Origin: Azolla caroliniana
Lineage: Eukaryota; Plantae; Polypodiophyta
Length of the DNA: 64,000 bases
Direction of reading: 5' to 3'
Assembly: GCA_043228905.1 (NCBI GenBank)
Contig: JBHGNT010000002.1
Location: forward strand, 10,664,001-10,728,000
Shown here: piece by piece, positions 38,601 through 52,202 of the stretch
Position numbering within the stretch: the first letter of the stretch is position 1
Layout of the letters: every line of letters starts with the position of its first letter
Translations under genes and position numbers: made by a program
Notes under the pieces: model-generated
Told to the model about the DNA's origin: nothing
The model's database searches: none
What the model saw: the letters and a program-made list of their open reading frames with translations, nothing else

Positions 38601-40751
38601 AAAGATGACTACCATGCGAGTCCTGCAAAGGGGTGGCACTTACATCAGATGGATGTGAAGAACGTGATCCGACAAGCTGATCTTGAGGAGCAGGCGTGTA
38701 TGGTACATTCCCTCGGATTTCTATTTAAACAAAACACTTCGGTAGTCTGCCGATTGAAGAAGTCACTCTACGGACTTAAGCTTGGAACACGAAGATTACG
38801 CAACGGCTGCGTAAGATGGGGTTCGCACCGTCGAAGTCAGGCTCTTCTCTGTTTGTTCGGCAAGGTCAATATGGACCGGTTAGTCTTCTATTGTATGTTG
38901 ATGATTTAGTCATCGCTAGTGTTGATCTCAAAGAAATCCACCGCGTAAAGTCTCAACTTGCAGCATCGTTTGAAATGAAGGATCTCAGAGACCTTCATTA
39001 CTTCCTTGGGATCGAAATGATCAGTACCCCCAAAGGCATATTGATCAGCCAACATCATTACGCGCTGAATATGCTCTTCATGTTCGGGATGGCAGACTGT
39101 AAGCCCATCTCAACCACTCTGGACAAAAATGTGAAGCTTCGCCCAGATTCAGGCAAGGTGTGCAACCCGACAAGGTTCCGACAGATTGTCGGAAGCCTCA
39201 TCTATTTGACTATTACTCGACCGGACCTTAGTTACCCGGTTGGCATGATAAGTCTATTTATGTCGCAGCCTACGGCTGAACACTTTCAGTGCGCGCAACG
39301 AATACCGCGTTATGTCAGCGGCACGAAAGACATGGCATTGTTTTATCGGGCAGGCATTGCCGAACAGTTAGTGGGCTACACAGATGCCATTGGGCCGGAA
39401 ACACCCACGATCGTCGATCCACATCTGGATACGCATTCTCATTGGGAAGTGTGGCGATCACATGGAGCATCAAGAAGCAGCCGATAGTAGCACGCTCGAG
39501 CACGGAGGCCGAATATCGATGGGCGACTGTCGCTATATTCGAAGTCATTTGGCTGAAACAATGATTACGAGATTTGCATGTAGAGGTGTCTGATCCGACG
39601 ACGATCTATTGCGACAACCTCAACAGTATCCACCTTGCGAAAAACCCCGTGTTCCACACCCGGACCAAGCACATTGAGGTGTATTACCATTTTTTCCGCG
39701 AGCGGGTCCTTTCAGGTGAAGTCGAATTGGTGCATGTTTCGACTGATTGGCAGATTGCCGACATCTTCACAAAACCTCTTGGTCTCGACAAGTTACGACA
39801 TTTCTTGGGTGCGCTTGGGTTGCGTCACCTCGACACGCCGAAGTTGAGGGGGAGAAAGGAAGAACAGAGACAAGAGCGTGAAAGGAGCGGAGGTAAGCAT
39901 CACGACGGAAGTGACCGAGATGCAGAGTCGGATGGAGAATTTGACTTCGAATCGACTGAAGAAGCCGAAGACGAAAGCAAGGGTCATAAGCATAAGAAGG
40001 AGCCGAGGACAACCGAAACAAGGGGAGATAAGGCCAAGACTAAGACGTGGTCTGATGTAGTCAAAGGCCTAAAGACAGGAGACGAATTGGAGACAGACAA
40101 TTCGGATGAGAGTGGAATTCAATCGAAATGTTCGATTCGGATATGCCAAATCAAGTGAAGGCCATGCGGAGAAAAGGGCAGCGAAGGACATGTCGACACT
40201 GCGACAACAAGGGAGCTGAGAATGGTCGGATGAGTAGACAAGCCAATCGGAAGGGTCGAGGAGCGCGAGCGAGATGTAAAGCCAGAAGGAACTAAAGCAT
40301 AGATGCGGTGGAGCAGGTGGAACCTCAAGTTGAGCTTGAGAGGGAGTGTTGAGTGACAAGCTCAAGATTGGGTGCGTAATACGGCGCGTAACCCAGTGCG
40401 TAGACTGGACGCGTAAGTTAGTACACACAACTTGATCGTATCGGTGCGTAAACCGAAAGGCCGTTAGAGCGTTATTCCTCGTAAAGGAATAATTTTGGGA
40501 GTTTGTGTGCTCGGCTCATTTATGAGCATTCAAGTACTGTTAGTACTTGTGTCAGCTCGATTGTCAAGGCTTGTATATAAGGTGATCACTAAGCACGAAG
40601 TATGTACAGAACAGAGAATTATTTTGAATTTGATTTCTAGTGTCTCTCTCTCTCCGTCTCTCCGTCTCTCCGTCTCTCTCTCCATCTCTGTGTTTTTTGT
40701 GTTTACTGAACTACTCTGCATTTACGCACATGCTTCCGCACAACTTTTACA
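35614..40751 (+). mobile_element. Copia family A element lacking its 5' LTR (degenerate gag-PR-INT-RT-RH + 3' LTR 40347-40751)
   Basis: Gag EKLDRRNYASW; CWYCGKKGHKESEC; WYVDSGASNH; LWHKRFGH; LIHSDVWG; TPQQNGVAE; YKARL; LYVDD; CDNLNSIHLAKNPVFH. PPT 40336-40346; LTR TGTTGAG...TTTTACA. Confidence 0.92.
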
Positions 40752-42060
40752 GATAGAAATAGTGCTCGGCCACAACCGAGATCCACAACTTCCGAAATGG
40801 AAGTTTGAATAGAAAGTAACAATGCACTCAACAAGATGAAAGAGATGACACATAATATTAACGTGCAAACCCTAATCGGGAAAAACCACGAGAGTTCTTA
40901 AAACTCCGAATAGGAGCATTATAGGTAAGAGGTATTACAAATAAGAGTCTCGGAGGCAACGACCTCGAGCTCTGTATCTTCGCCAAACGGCAGCTACAAC
41001 AGAAAATGCTTTCTGTATCTCTCTCTCCCTCTCTCTGTCTCTCCCTCTTTGTACAACAATAATAACACTCTCGACTGAGTCACACTATTTCTTACACAGT
41101 TACCCTAGTTATATTTATAGTCATATAACTTTAAGGCTATTTACAAATATGACCTCAACAGTCACATTGGAAACCCTAAACGGGGGAAAAACTACAGGAA
41201 TAAAGATTCCCCTATACACAAGAGAGTACACGATGAGATCAGAATACAATACTCTCCACAAAGAGTGTATTAGCCACACAAGGCTCTTGATGTCAAACCT
41301 CACTCGGCTATGGCGCCGCTCCCTCTCTCTCACTCACTCACACACACTCTCCTCTCTGTCACTTACGCCAACAGAGGATCACACACAATTTTTTTCTACA
41401 CTTCAACTCTGTTTGCCCTAAGTGTACTTATACTTATACATTGTATGGGCTATTTACAAATGTAGCCCCTACTACTGTCATAACTATTATAACAATAATA
41501 GTTAATCACCCGACTGGTCGACTAGTTGACTCTAGTGTTGACTGTCTAGTTGGCCCGACTAGTTAGTCGAGTCTTCCACTTGGACTCTCCTACTATTGAC
41601 TCCCCAATCGACTCTCCATGTCTTTGATTGTCGGCACTCGGCCCGATAAGTTGGCTGCTCTCATAGGAGGGACATATTCCTAACAAACTCCCCCTTCACT
41701 CCTATGGGTGGCGTCAGTCAGTCCTATCCTCTATCGACAGACTCTAGTTCTATCCATCCGTAGGTTCTTTGTCAGCATGTCGGTTCCGTTGTCGTTAGTA
41801 TGGATCTTTACAAGGGTAAACTCTTCTTCTTCCACTTTCTCCCGCAACCAGTGATACCTCCTTTGTATGTGCTTGGTTCAAGAGTGGTATGCATCATTCT
41901 TTGTTAGATGTATAACACTTTGGTTGTCACAATGAAGGAAGAACTCCATTTGCTTCATCTGAGCTCTTTGCCAGCCTCTACTGCTACAATATACTTTGCC
42001 TTTGTGGTTGACAAGGACACTGATTTCTACAGTCGCAACTACCATGATATTGCTCCCTTG
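40752..42060 (-). mobile_element. Copia (Tork-like) 3' LTR (to 41684), PPT and RNase H tail
   Basis: AACTCCCCCTTCACT (reverse-complement PPT) immediately after TTCCTAACA. Minus translation TKHIQRRYHWLREKVEEEEFTLVKIHTNDNGTDMLTK. Confidence 0.8.
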
Positions 42061-43820
42061 GATGCATATGCTTGTCTTCTACGTTCTTGCTCTTGTGGAT
42101 TTTTATCCTCCATAACAAAGAAACTTGTTCCTGTTAAGTACACCTTACTACTATCTAGAATGGTAGCCCTTTTAAGTTCATCTAGGATTGTACAATCAAT
42201 AGCTCGAGATGACTTTCCCTCTAGTTGCTTTTTGCCAACCCTATGTGTGGCACATATAATAACATCTCGCATAACAAAGTGATCTTCAAATAATTTCATG
42301 ATACTCTCTGCAAGAGACAATGCATTCTTTCATTCTTTTGCATCCCTCTAATAACAATATTACTCAGTATTCTTTTCAATTTCATATTGCTTCTTTGCAT
42401 CTAAACCATCCACAATATTAGAATGCATTTGTATGATTTTGGGTGTTTTTTTCCAAGAGATCTTTCCACCTTGTCATGATCACATCTTGCTTCCCTTCAA
42501 TTGTAGATTTTATTTACACATTTGCCTTCATGAGAATCTCTTTTTCTGTGTCGAGACTCAACACTTCTCTTTCTAATTTTTCCATCATTTCATATTAATG
42601 ATGTTGAAGTTGTTGAAATGGAAGATTAATGCATTGATGATCTTGTTGCTTTGTTATGTAACTACAATTTGCTTGAAAATGCACATAATGTAAAAGAAAA
42701 GATGAAATCATGGAATATGTCCATGCATATACAAATAAAACTTAATCAAAATCTCCTTGAAGAGATTGATGAAGTTATAATGTGCAAGCTTGCAACACCT
42801 ATGAACCACTTGCATATGATGAATACAATTCGAATTCTAAGTTTGTTGAGATGCAAGATATGCATGAATGCTTAAAGGAAGAAGATGTGATTATTCCTAA
42901 ACTATTGCAATGTATATTGTTGAAAGGGAATTCATGCTCGATTCGATCGTGATAACAACTGATTTGAGTTTTGAAAAAGCAAAGCAAGTAGAAATAGCTT
43001 TATCGGGTGCCCGTAGAATTATTCAAGAAGTAAATTCTGCCATTGTTTCTAGGCGTATATCTAAAAGTAGGCAAATGATATTAAATGATTTTGGTATTAA
43101 CTACAAAAAGACTTGGAAAACTTGTTTTTGTTGATGCTTTTGTTGTTTTTTGAATGTTTGGAACATGGTTTCAATTTGGTTAGATGTAATTTTGTCTCGA
43201 AACAATGTAAATATTTTGAACAAGATATTTACCTCTATGAAAAAGTGCACTTAATAGAATGGCACACTTAAGTGGACACAAAGTTAACCAGAATGGAGAA
43301 ATGAATCCGTAAACATGGAAGAATGAATGGGAGATGCATGAGCCTCCAAACATATGGAGGATCCCAAAAGTGGGGAAGGAAAAGCGGGGCAGGGAGATTC
43401 GAACTTGGGACTTGAGAGAAGAGAACACAAGTTTAATACATACATATAAAAAGATATATGTATATGGAAGGTAGGTAGTTATATTTTGACTGAATTATTT
43501 TCTTGGAAAAGAAGAAGAAGCATAATCAAGAAAAAACGATTTGTTTGGGTGTAATGTTTTTCAATGAAATGTGAGGAATTTTGTTTTTCCTCCAAAATAA
43601 GAAAAATGGGTTCGGCTCAATTCATTTGATATTTCTTTTCTGTACATACTAAATCTTGCCCCTTTACCCCAGCCACCATAAGAGACAGAGACAGAGACAG
43701 AGACAGAGGGAGAGAGAAAGAGAGACGCACAGCGATTAGGGGGAGCTCCGGCTCGCCTCTAATCAGATCTTAGTCTCCTGATTAGTGGTGATTAACTCCT
43801 TGATTAAGTAAGTAAGAATC

Positions 43821-45308
43821 ATGGGATGGATCAGGATGCCCAAGTGCGACGCCGGCATATATGAAGCCGCCATTCCTGAAGGCTTGGGATTTGGCGATGA
43901 AGGCCGGGTAATGAATCAAGTGGAGGTGAGCATCATCTCAGCTGAAGATGTGGTGTGCAGGAAAGGGAGATATGGTGCGATGGAGGAGATTAATGGCGTG
44001 ATGAAGGAGCAGCGGCATGTGAGCGCAGCAGCAGCATACATGATGGCGATGGCATGGATTCATCCGCAGCAGAAGTTGAAGACGCATGTGGCGGCCTGCC
44101 ATGGCCACCGTGACCCCATCTGGAACGCCAAGCTCCATTTCTTGGTCCCCGAAGAGTCCCTCCATGAAGACAGCTCCTCTGCTCTCACCATTCAGATCTT
44201 CTCCCATGGCACCTTCAGAGCTTCTCCTGTCGGCACCGCCCGAGTCCTGCTCTCCAAATTCGTGTCCAAGAAAGGGAAAGGATACCAGGGTGCTCAATCC
44301 ATGGCCCTGCAGATCCGAAGACCCTCCGGGAGGCCTCAAGGTATACTCAATATTGGGTCCATGGTGCTTAATGCTGATGATTTTCATCCTCATCTCCTCA
44401 GATTAATGCCCACCCACCTTGATTTGATTGCTAATAATACCTCCTTCAATCACACTCCTCCTCATCAACCTCTTAGCCCCCCTAATAGCGAGCCTCCTAA
44501 TTACCACCCTAATCAACCCAAGTTGAGCTCCACATTCAAAGAGACTTGCAGGAAAAGCTTCTCCACGAGTAGGGATTACATTAATAATGATCAAGAGCTT
44601 CTTACATATAATAGGTATTCTTCAGCTAGATTGTCTTTAGATTATTGTAATTACACGAGTGAAGGATTAGATGGATTTGAACTCAAATCAATAGACAGTA
44701 GTTATGAAGAAGAAGAAGAAGAAGAAGAAGAAGAAGAAGGACATGAAGACGATGAAAAGAAGAGGGATGAAGCAGAGTTTAGCATTAATAAAATGGAGGC
44801 TATCTATAGGAAGATGAAGCAATGCAAATTAATTGATTCAGGTGTAGGGATTAATGATGATGGTAACCAGATCGGAGTGATGCATGAACCAGTTAAAGCA
44901 GATGATGGATTAGCAGATGGTCTACCTAACCTAAATGGATTCACGAATTCAAATGGATTGGGATTAAATCAGACGGAGTCGATAGCGTCTGCTAATTACG
45001 ATTACGATGATTCAGAGCGTCGGATGCATTTCTTTTATGGTAAAAGTTATGGTATGGAGAATGATGCGAAGATTAGGGAGGACAAGAATATGATCACCGT
45101 AATGTGCAAGGGAAACTGTATTGTGATTAATCATCATCTTCCGCAGGAGAAAGGATCAGGAGGCGGTAAGCATGCGGAGAGTGGTGGAGTGATTAGTGCT
45201 AATGACGTGAAGGCGAAGAAGAAGGGAATAGCAAGGTGGGCGGCCAGCTGGGCGCTGCGAACGAAAGGTGCGGCCAGGATCCATCGGAGCCCTTCGGACA
45301 AGCCGTGA
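43821..45308 (+). CDS. C2 (calcium/lipid-binding, SRC2-like) domain protein with a long low-complexity acidic C-terminal region; single exon
   Basis: 495-aa ORF with VEVSIISAEDV..AMAWIHPQQKLKT..DPIWNAKLHFLV..ALTIQIF..VGTARVLL..ALQIRRPSGRPQGILNIG; poly-Glu run; GA repeat in the leader. Confidence 0.85.
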   Translation: MGWIRMPKCDAGIYEAAIPEGLGFGDEGRVMNQVEVSIISAEDVVCRKGRYGAMEEINGVMKEQRHVSAAAAYMMAMAWIHPQQKLKTHVAACHGHRDPIWNAKLHFLVPEESLHEDSSSALTIQIFSHGTFRASPVGTARVLLSKFVSKKGKGYQGAQSMALQIRRPSGRPQGILNIGSMVLNADDFHPHLLRLMPTHLDLIANNTSFNHTPPHQPLSPPNSEPPNYHPNQPKLSSTFKETCRKSFSTSRDYINNDQELLTYNRYSSARLSLDYCNYTSEGLDGFELKSIDSSYEEEEEEEEEEEGHEDDEKKRDEAEFSINKMEAIYRKMKQCKLIDSGVGINDDGNQIGVMHEPVKADDGLADGLPNLNGFTNSNGLGLNQTESIASANYDYDDSERRMHFFYGKSYGMENDAKIREDKNMITVMCKGNCIVINHHLPQEKGSGGGKHAESGGVISANDVKAKKKGIARWAASWALRTKGAARIHRSPSDKP

Positions 45309-45314
45309 GATCCC

Positions 45315-45415
45315 GCCACGTGGCGTGCTGGCCTGCCAAGAAGTCGTGCCACGTGGAGCGGAGGCCAAGATTGTGTGGGCTTTAAAGCAGACCCGAGGAG
45401 GGAGCGCCACGTGGC
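45315..45415. promoter_or_regulatory. Three G-box motifs (GCCACGTGG) just downstream of the C2 gene stop
   Basis: GCCACGTGGC at 45315, GCCACGTGGA at 45348, GCCACGTGGC at 45406. Confidence 0.45.
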
Positions 45416-48400
45416 AGGCGATCATTTGTTTCTTACATGGCTTGTGTTTCACATTTTTGTCTTCATAAATGATTTGATTTTTATGGACTCGAGAGGTGGT
45501 CTGGATTTCTTTTTCTTTTCTTACATTGTGGTGTTATTTTCCCGTGCTTTCGTTTGTTTAAAGGGGATTGGCTATTCTTGGTATGTAGGGTTTATATTGT
45601 GTGTATATATAGGCTATATATGTAATGTATTAGAATGAGAATATTAGAAGAACGAATAGATCAAAAGATTATCATGGGGATATCCTTGCGGAGTTTAAGT
45701 TTATGGGGTAAGGTGAGACTACAATTCATGGTAAACTGTCTCAGTCATCATAATCCTCCCTAGTGATTTGCTATCATGTTGTTTACTCTCTCTTTTTAGA
45801 GCTTGGGCGATCAAATCCCTAAGGGAATTAGCCAAATCATAAGCTCTCTTGCTCATTTTAAAGCGTTTTAGAGGTCCTTTGTCAGATAAACACAGCGGTC
45901 CTTTTTTAATGCACCATAGTCTTTTCTTTGAACATGCACTTTCTCTTAGCCTTCCATAGGGCGCCTAATTTTGGCCAAATATACAGCATCCATATCCACA
46001 AGATGCTTCTTTTCGCTCACTTTATTCATGATCAATATACACAACATGCTTACTTGTCCTTATTGATGTATGCCATCATATCCATATTTATATGTACCTC
46101 CTCACAAATCATATCGATGTACATAGTTCCTTGTCCTCACTTATGCATCAATGTAGATGTATGTCATCATATCCATAGTCACAAAATATAATGGGTATCA
46201 TCTTTCCCTCTTTTTAGTATTTATGAGTATCAAATCCTCACTTATGCCTTGGTGGGTATCATCTTTCCCTCTATATTCGCTTTAATGAGTACCAAACAAT
46301 AGAATCTTAATTAACATTAAGAAAAATAAAAGACGAAAATAAGAAAGAAAGGGTAGCGGTTCCCCCAACCACCCCCTAGCGAAGATGATTGATAGATCTA
46401 AGCCCCCCGTTGATGTTCCATACCTCCATGTACGGACTTGGATCGTACCTTGGCTTTGAAGAAGAAGAAGAAAGCACACATGCATAAAGCTAGAGCTTCG
46501 ACACACTTATAGAGTCTATCTCAAAACAATAAAGAAAAGAGATGCCCCTTCATGAAGGGTAACTCGCTTTCTATAAAGGCTCAAACCCAAGCCCTTGTAT
46601 GTTTTGTACTCAGTTGCGTTTTTTATAAAAAGTAGTCAGGGATGAAAGACTCTAAAGTTACCTCCTACCATAGGATTGAGGTAACTCAACCCTCATTGTG
46701 TACTCGTCGACGCACCCGCGTGATTTTCCTCTACGAGCAACATCGACTGAAGCTCAAAGAAACGAAGGCGTAATCTCCCTTGTGCAGACCGCCGTCCAGA
46801 ATGCTCCGAACATTGCCGCTAACCCACCAAGGCAAACTTGCACCATTTCGTCCTCCTCGACGTTCACGTTGACGGAGGCGAGAGAGTCATAGATCTCCTT
46901 GATTCGGGCCATGTAATCAGCCACAGACAGATCTTTCTGTTGGACATTGTTGACCTTCTGTCTGACCTGCAACTTCTTGTCCATTGTGCTAGCGGCGAAA
47001 ATCTTCTTCAGATTCGCCCACGCGTCCTTTGGCATCTTAGCATCCCGAATGTAGCTCAAGAGCTGGTCGCTCACACAAGACGCGAAGCAGTAAAGAACTC
47101 TGCTTGCCGCTTGTTCCCAAGACAAAAAATCTTTGTGTGTCGATTCGGGTGCTATACCATTCGCTCCTTCGACATAACTCCAATAGCCATGACCAAGTAG
47201 GTACTGGTGCATCTTGTATCACCAAGATGCGTAGTTCCTCCTATCGAACTTCTTAGTCGGTAGCGAGCTTCCCATTCCTCTATCCATATTGTTGTCTTAT
47301 CTTTTCCGAAACCAACAACTTAACTCTGTCTTATCGAAAGCTTTTCTATCGGATGCAAAGGAGTCTCAACCTCCGCGCTCGTATACCGTGTAAAAGAATA
47401 CGTGTGTGGAAGTGTATGCGTAAGAACACAGAGTACACGGTTTGGTAGTACGACAGTTCGGTAGAACACAGAAACCACAGAGAAAGAGAGGGAGAGACAG
47501 ATAGAGAGACTGAGAGAGAGCAGAAGATACAAAACTATATTCAAAATAATTCTCTATATGTTCTTTGTACATACTTTGTGCTCAGTGAGCACCTTTTATA
47601 AAAGCCTTGACTATTGGGTTGACACAAGTACTTACAATACTTGACTGCTCATAAATGAGCATCCTACACTTACTCCCAAAATTATTCCTTACGAGGAATA
47701 ACACTCTAACAACCTCTCGGTTCAAAAACCGCCACGACCATATTTTGCGTACGGTTTTACGCGGCCAGTCTATGCACTAGGTTAGGTACCCGTTTACATG
47801 TTGAGAAGCAAGCTCAACAAAGGTATGTGATGCTTATTGAGAAATAAGCTATAGTAGGTATTAGCTAATTAGCTACTAGTGGACATAAAGGTGAAACAAC
47901 TATTTAGCTATGCACAACTATTTAACTATTTGACAGCTATTTAGCTGAATATATAAGTCACTTATAACTTAGGTAAAAAATATGTAAGAAGTAGTGAAGG
48001 AGTAGAGAGAAGTAAGAACAAAAAACAAAAATTTGATGAGAGCGAGTTGAGCTCTGCGTGTAATGAAATAGAAGAAGCTTTTTGGTTTGCTACACAAAGG
48101 TAAGTTTCCTTCCCCCTTTCCCTTTCTATCTTGAGCACTAAATGATCCACCACATCACGATCCGTTGTGCACACAGAAGAGCCGTAGTGCCTTCGTAACA
48201 TGGTATGAGAGCACAGTTGCTCATAAAGAAGATTAGAGTAGTACAGATCTGAGAAGTTTGTTTCTAGTTGCTGATCTAAATCAGAAAGTTGTCTGTGAAG
48301 TTAAGTGTAGAAAAAGCCCTACTTTGAACAAGAGAATGGCTATTGAGAGTGGACACCAAATAGTCACAGAAAAGCTGGATAAAAACAACTTCCTGGCGTG

Positions 48401-48996
48401 GAAATTCAGAATGACAAATTTCCTGATGGGAAAAGGATACTGGGATTACATTGAAGGAGACCTAGAAGAGGCTCCAAAGATCCCTGAAGAAAATGCAATT
48501 GCTACACAGATTAAAGCATTTAAGGAATGGAATCAAGGGGCAAGGAAGGTATTGCATTGGTTGTCACTTAGCATCTCAGATTCGATACTTGGACACATAC
48601 AGGATGGTATGCTTCCAAAAGAAGCTTGGGACAAGTTAGTAAAATTGTTTGCAGTGAACACAAAGACTAGAAAGCTTTACTAAGTTGAAGACTGAGCTAA
48701 ATACCTTGGAAAAAGGTAAGATGTCAATGAATGAGTATGCTTTGAAATAAAGAGCATATGTGAATCACTTGCTTCTATTAATGTGAAGGTAGAAGATGAT
48801 GATAAGGTGGAAATATGCTTAAGAGGCTTAGGACCTCAATATAAAATCTTCAAAACATCTATTCTCACAAGGGATAGCATCCCAAGTTTCCCAGATCTGG
48901 TTTCAATGCTTGTGGTAGAAGAAAGAAAACAGATGGATGATGTAAACAAAAGAAACTCTGAGACTGAGGGGCAAGCCCTCTACAATAGTGTTGGAA

Positions 48997-49472
48997 TGTT
49001 GTACATTTTAGGGTTAGGGTTAATGGTAATGATGATTGGTGATGGAGATGGTGTGTTTGATGAGGATGATGAGCGTTATGAGATTGATGGTGAGAGAGAC
49101 AACAAGCATTGAGAAGCATTGTGGGGTGGGGGGTGGTGCCTAGAATGGCTCCACCCCCCTCCCAAGGGGGTTCAACATTAAGGGGGAGGGAAGAGAGAGA
49201 GAAAGAGAGATGACAAGAGAGAGAGAGATTGAGAGAGAAATATCCTTCTATTCATTCATTCCCCATAAGGGGTTAAATAGGTACAAAAGGGTAGATAGAC
49301 AAGGGTGCAAGCCCCTTGGGCATTCACACCTAGTTACTCACTCACACCTCTTTGTATCCACCACACTCACACTTACATTCACACTCATAATCGTATAACA
49401 TTACACATACATTACATCTTTCACCCTCACTTATCACACTTATCAATCACATGTACGTCTCGTACGGTAACA
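48997..49472 (-). repeat. Solo LTR inserted in the family B gag
   Basis: TGTTGTA...GTAACA with a perfect 5-bp TSD TGGAA (48992-48996, 49473-49477). Removing it restores ..NSVGRGHGR.. Confidence 0.85.
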
Positions 49473-52202
49473 TGGAAGAGGCCATGGAAGATTTGGTTCA
49501 GCTAGAACCAACAACAATCAAGGAAGAGGACAACATGTTATAAGTGGAAGAAACAACATGAAAGGTAGGGGGGCCAATTGAGGAAGAGGTAAGCAAACTT
49601 ATTTGAATGATCATGGTTGTTGGTATTGTGGAAAACCAGGCCATACACAAACAGGTTGAGTGCTATAAAAACCAAAATGATGAAAAAAGAGGGAAGAGAT
49701 AGCAAAATAACTATGCTTCAACCAGTGAAGGTTGTGATAAAGATGGTGCATTTGTGGTGCAACATGAAACAACAGCAATGGTTGAATGTTCACAGAGATG
49801 CAATGAAGAGTTTATGTGGTATGTAGATTCTAGGGCATCTAATCATATGACAGGACATGCAAATAGGTTTGAAAGTCTAAGAGAACTAGAGATTCCTGGT
49901 TATGTACAGACGGGTGATAATACTACTCACCAAATAGAGCATGTTGGAGATATCCCATCATGGGAAAGAAAGGAAAAACAAAATATATGTTGAATGTTAT
50001 GCATGTGCCAAACCTTGCAAAAAATCTTATTTTCGATTGGACAGATAGTGGAGCAAGGAATGCAAGTTAAGTTTAAACAAAGTGGATGCTTTATAGAGAA
50101 ACATGGAAAACTTATTGCAAAAGGAAAACGTCAAGTTGTAGAAGGAATGAGTGTAATCTCAGATGTAGAAATGTGGCATAAAAGAATCGGTCACATAAGT
50201 ATGCAAACCTTGAAAAATATGTTGAGGAAAAATGCAGTGGCTGGACTACCTAAGTTAAAAGACTGTGGGATGAGCAAAATATGTGAAGCATGTCAATATG
50301 GAAAGCAAAACAGGTTGCCTTTCCCTCATGAAAGACATGTAAGCAAAAATTTGTTGGATTTGGTACATACAGATGTATGGGGACCAACAAAAAATGCATC
50401 AATTAGTGGATGTAAGTTTTATGGAACATTTATTGATGATTGCTCAAGGAAAACATGGGTTTACTTCATGAAAGAGAAAAGTGAAGTATTTGATTGCTTT
50501 CGTAAGTTTAAATGTATGGTGGAAAAGCAGGCTGGAACTAGAATAAAATGTCTAAGATTTGATGTAGGAGGAGAATACTTCTCAAATGAATCTTCTGGTT
50601 TTCTATGCAATCTAGGAATAAGAAGACAGTTCACATGTAGATATACTCCACAACAAAATGGAGTTGCTGAGAGAAAAAACAGAACTCTGGTGAACATAGC
50701 AAGAGCTTTAATGACAGAAAAAAAAATGTCATTGTATTACTAGGCAGAAGTTATAAATACAACAAACTATATCCTAAATAGATGTATAACATTTGGAGTA
50801 CATGAAGTAATTCCTGAAGAATGTTTCTATGGCAGAAAGCCGAGTTTAGGGCATTTAAAAGTGTTTGGATGCCTTGCATATGTTCATGTACCTGCTGAAG
50901 TAAGAAGTAAGCTTGATCCAAAAGCTAAAAAATGTGTTCTTGTTGGATATTCAGAGGAGCAAAGAAGGGTATAGATGCTATAACCCTTTGACAAAAAGAT
51001 TGTGGTAAGTCCAGATGTAATATTTGATGAGGTGGGCAGCTGTTATAGCCTAAAACAAAATGTAAAAACTGATGAAGACAATGAAAATGAAGACACGGAT
51101 AAATCTGAAAATGTAAGAGATAACGACAAAGATGGAAACAATGTTGGACAACAAAGTTCAACATCGATAGCATGTACTGAACCATCTAGAAGCTCAGGTA
51201 GTAAATCTAAATATAATGCTTGGAGTGGAAAAAATGCAGGACAAAAAATATGATGATAGAAAGGGAAAACAGAAGATGCCAGAATATGAAATTCTTGATG
51301 ATGGATCTAGAAACATGGAAGATGTAGATTTAGATACATCATTGGATGATGAGCTTGGTATAGGATCCCTGAAAATCCCTGGTATGGAAAAGGCAATGAA
51401 AGATACAAATCAGAAACTGAGAAGATTAGATAGAGAGAAAAAGACTGTTGAAAGATTTGGTTATGATACATATATGGTTATGCATTATGCATACATGTCT
51501 AAAGTGGTACGAATCCCTAATCCAAATAGTTTTGATGAAGCAAAATCTGATAAGAAATGGGTGAATGCAACGCAAGAAGAAATAGATGCATTGGCTGAAA
51601 ACAAAACATGGGATTTGGTAAAGTTACCGAAAGGAAAACATATTGTGGGTTGCAAATGGGTCTACAAGACAAAGCATGATTCTAATGGAAATGTTAGTAG
51701 ACATAAAGCAAGACTTGTGGCAAAGGGATATGCCCAGATGCATGGAATTGATGAAACATTTGCACCGGTTGCAAAGATGTCAACATTGAGAACACTACTT
51801 GATGTGAGTGCAACCAAAAGATGGGTTCTGCACCATATGGATGTAAAAAATGCTTTTTTACATGGTAACTTAGAAGAAGAAGTGTATATGTGTCAACCAC
51901 CAGGTTTTTAAGATAAGAAGCATCCAGAATATGTATGTCGGCTGAAAAAGGTTCACTATGGATTGAAACAAGCACCAAAGATATGGCATAAAGAACTTTC
52001 AGAATCTCTGGAAAAATTTGCTTTGAAAATGTCAAAGGTTGATCTATCATTGTATGTAAAAAGGATAAATGATTGCATTATTGTTATTTTGATTTATGTT
52101 GATGATTTAATCATTGGAGATGATTCCATGGATGAAATAAGCAAGCTAAAAAAAAATCTTCAAATGCAATTTCATATTAAAGATTTGGGAGAGCTGAGAT
52201 AT

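Noticed and set aside
42060-43134. Coding-like fragments, including a KSRQMILNDF tail reminiscent of DNA-transposase C-termini
   Set aside because: No catalytic motifs, TIRs or continuous frame, so it cannot be assigned.
48989-49472. Apparent TSD-less TGTT...AACA insertion, suggesting a tyrosine-recombinase element
   Set aside because: Moving the left end to 48997 gives a perfect TGGAA TSD, so it is an ordinary solo LTR.
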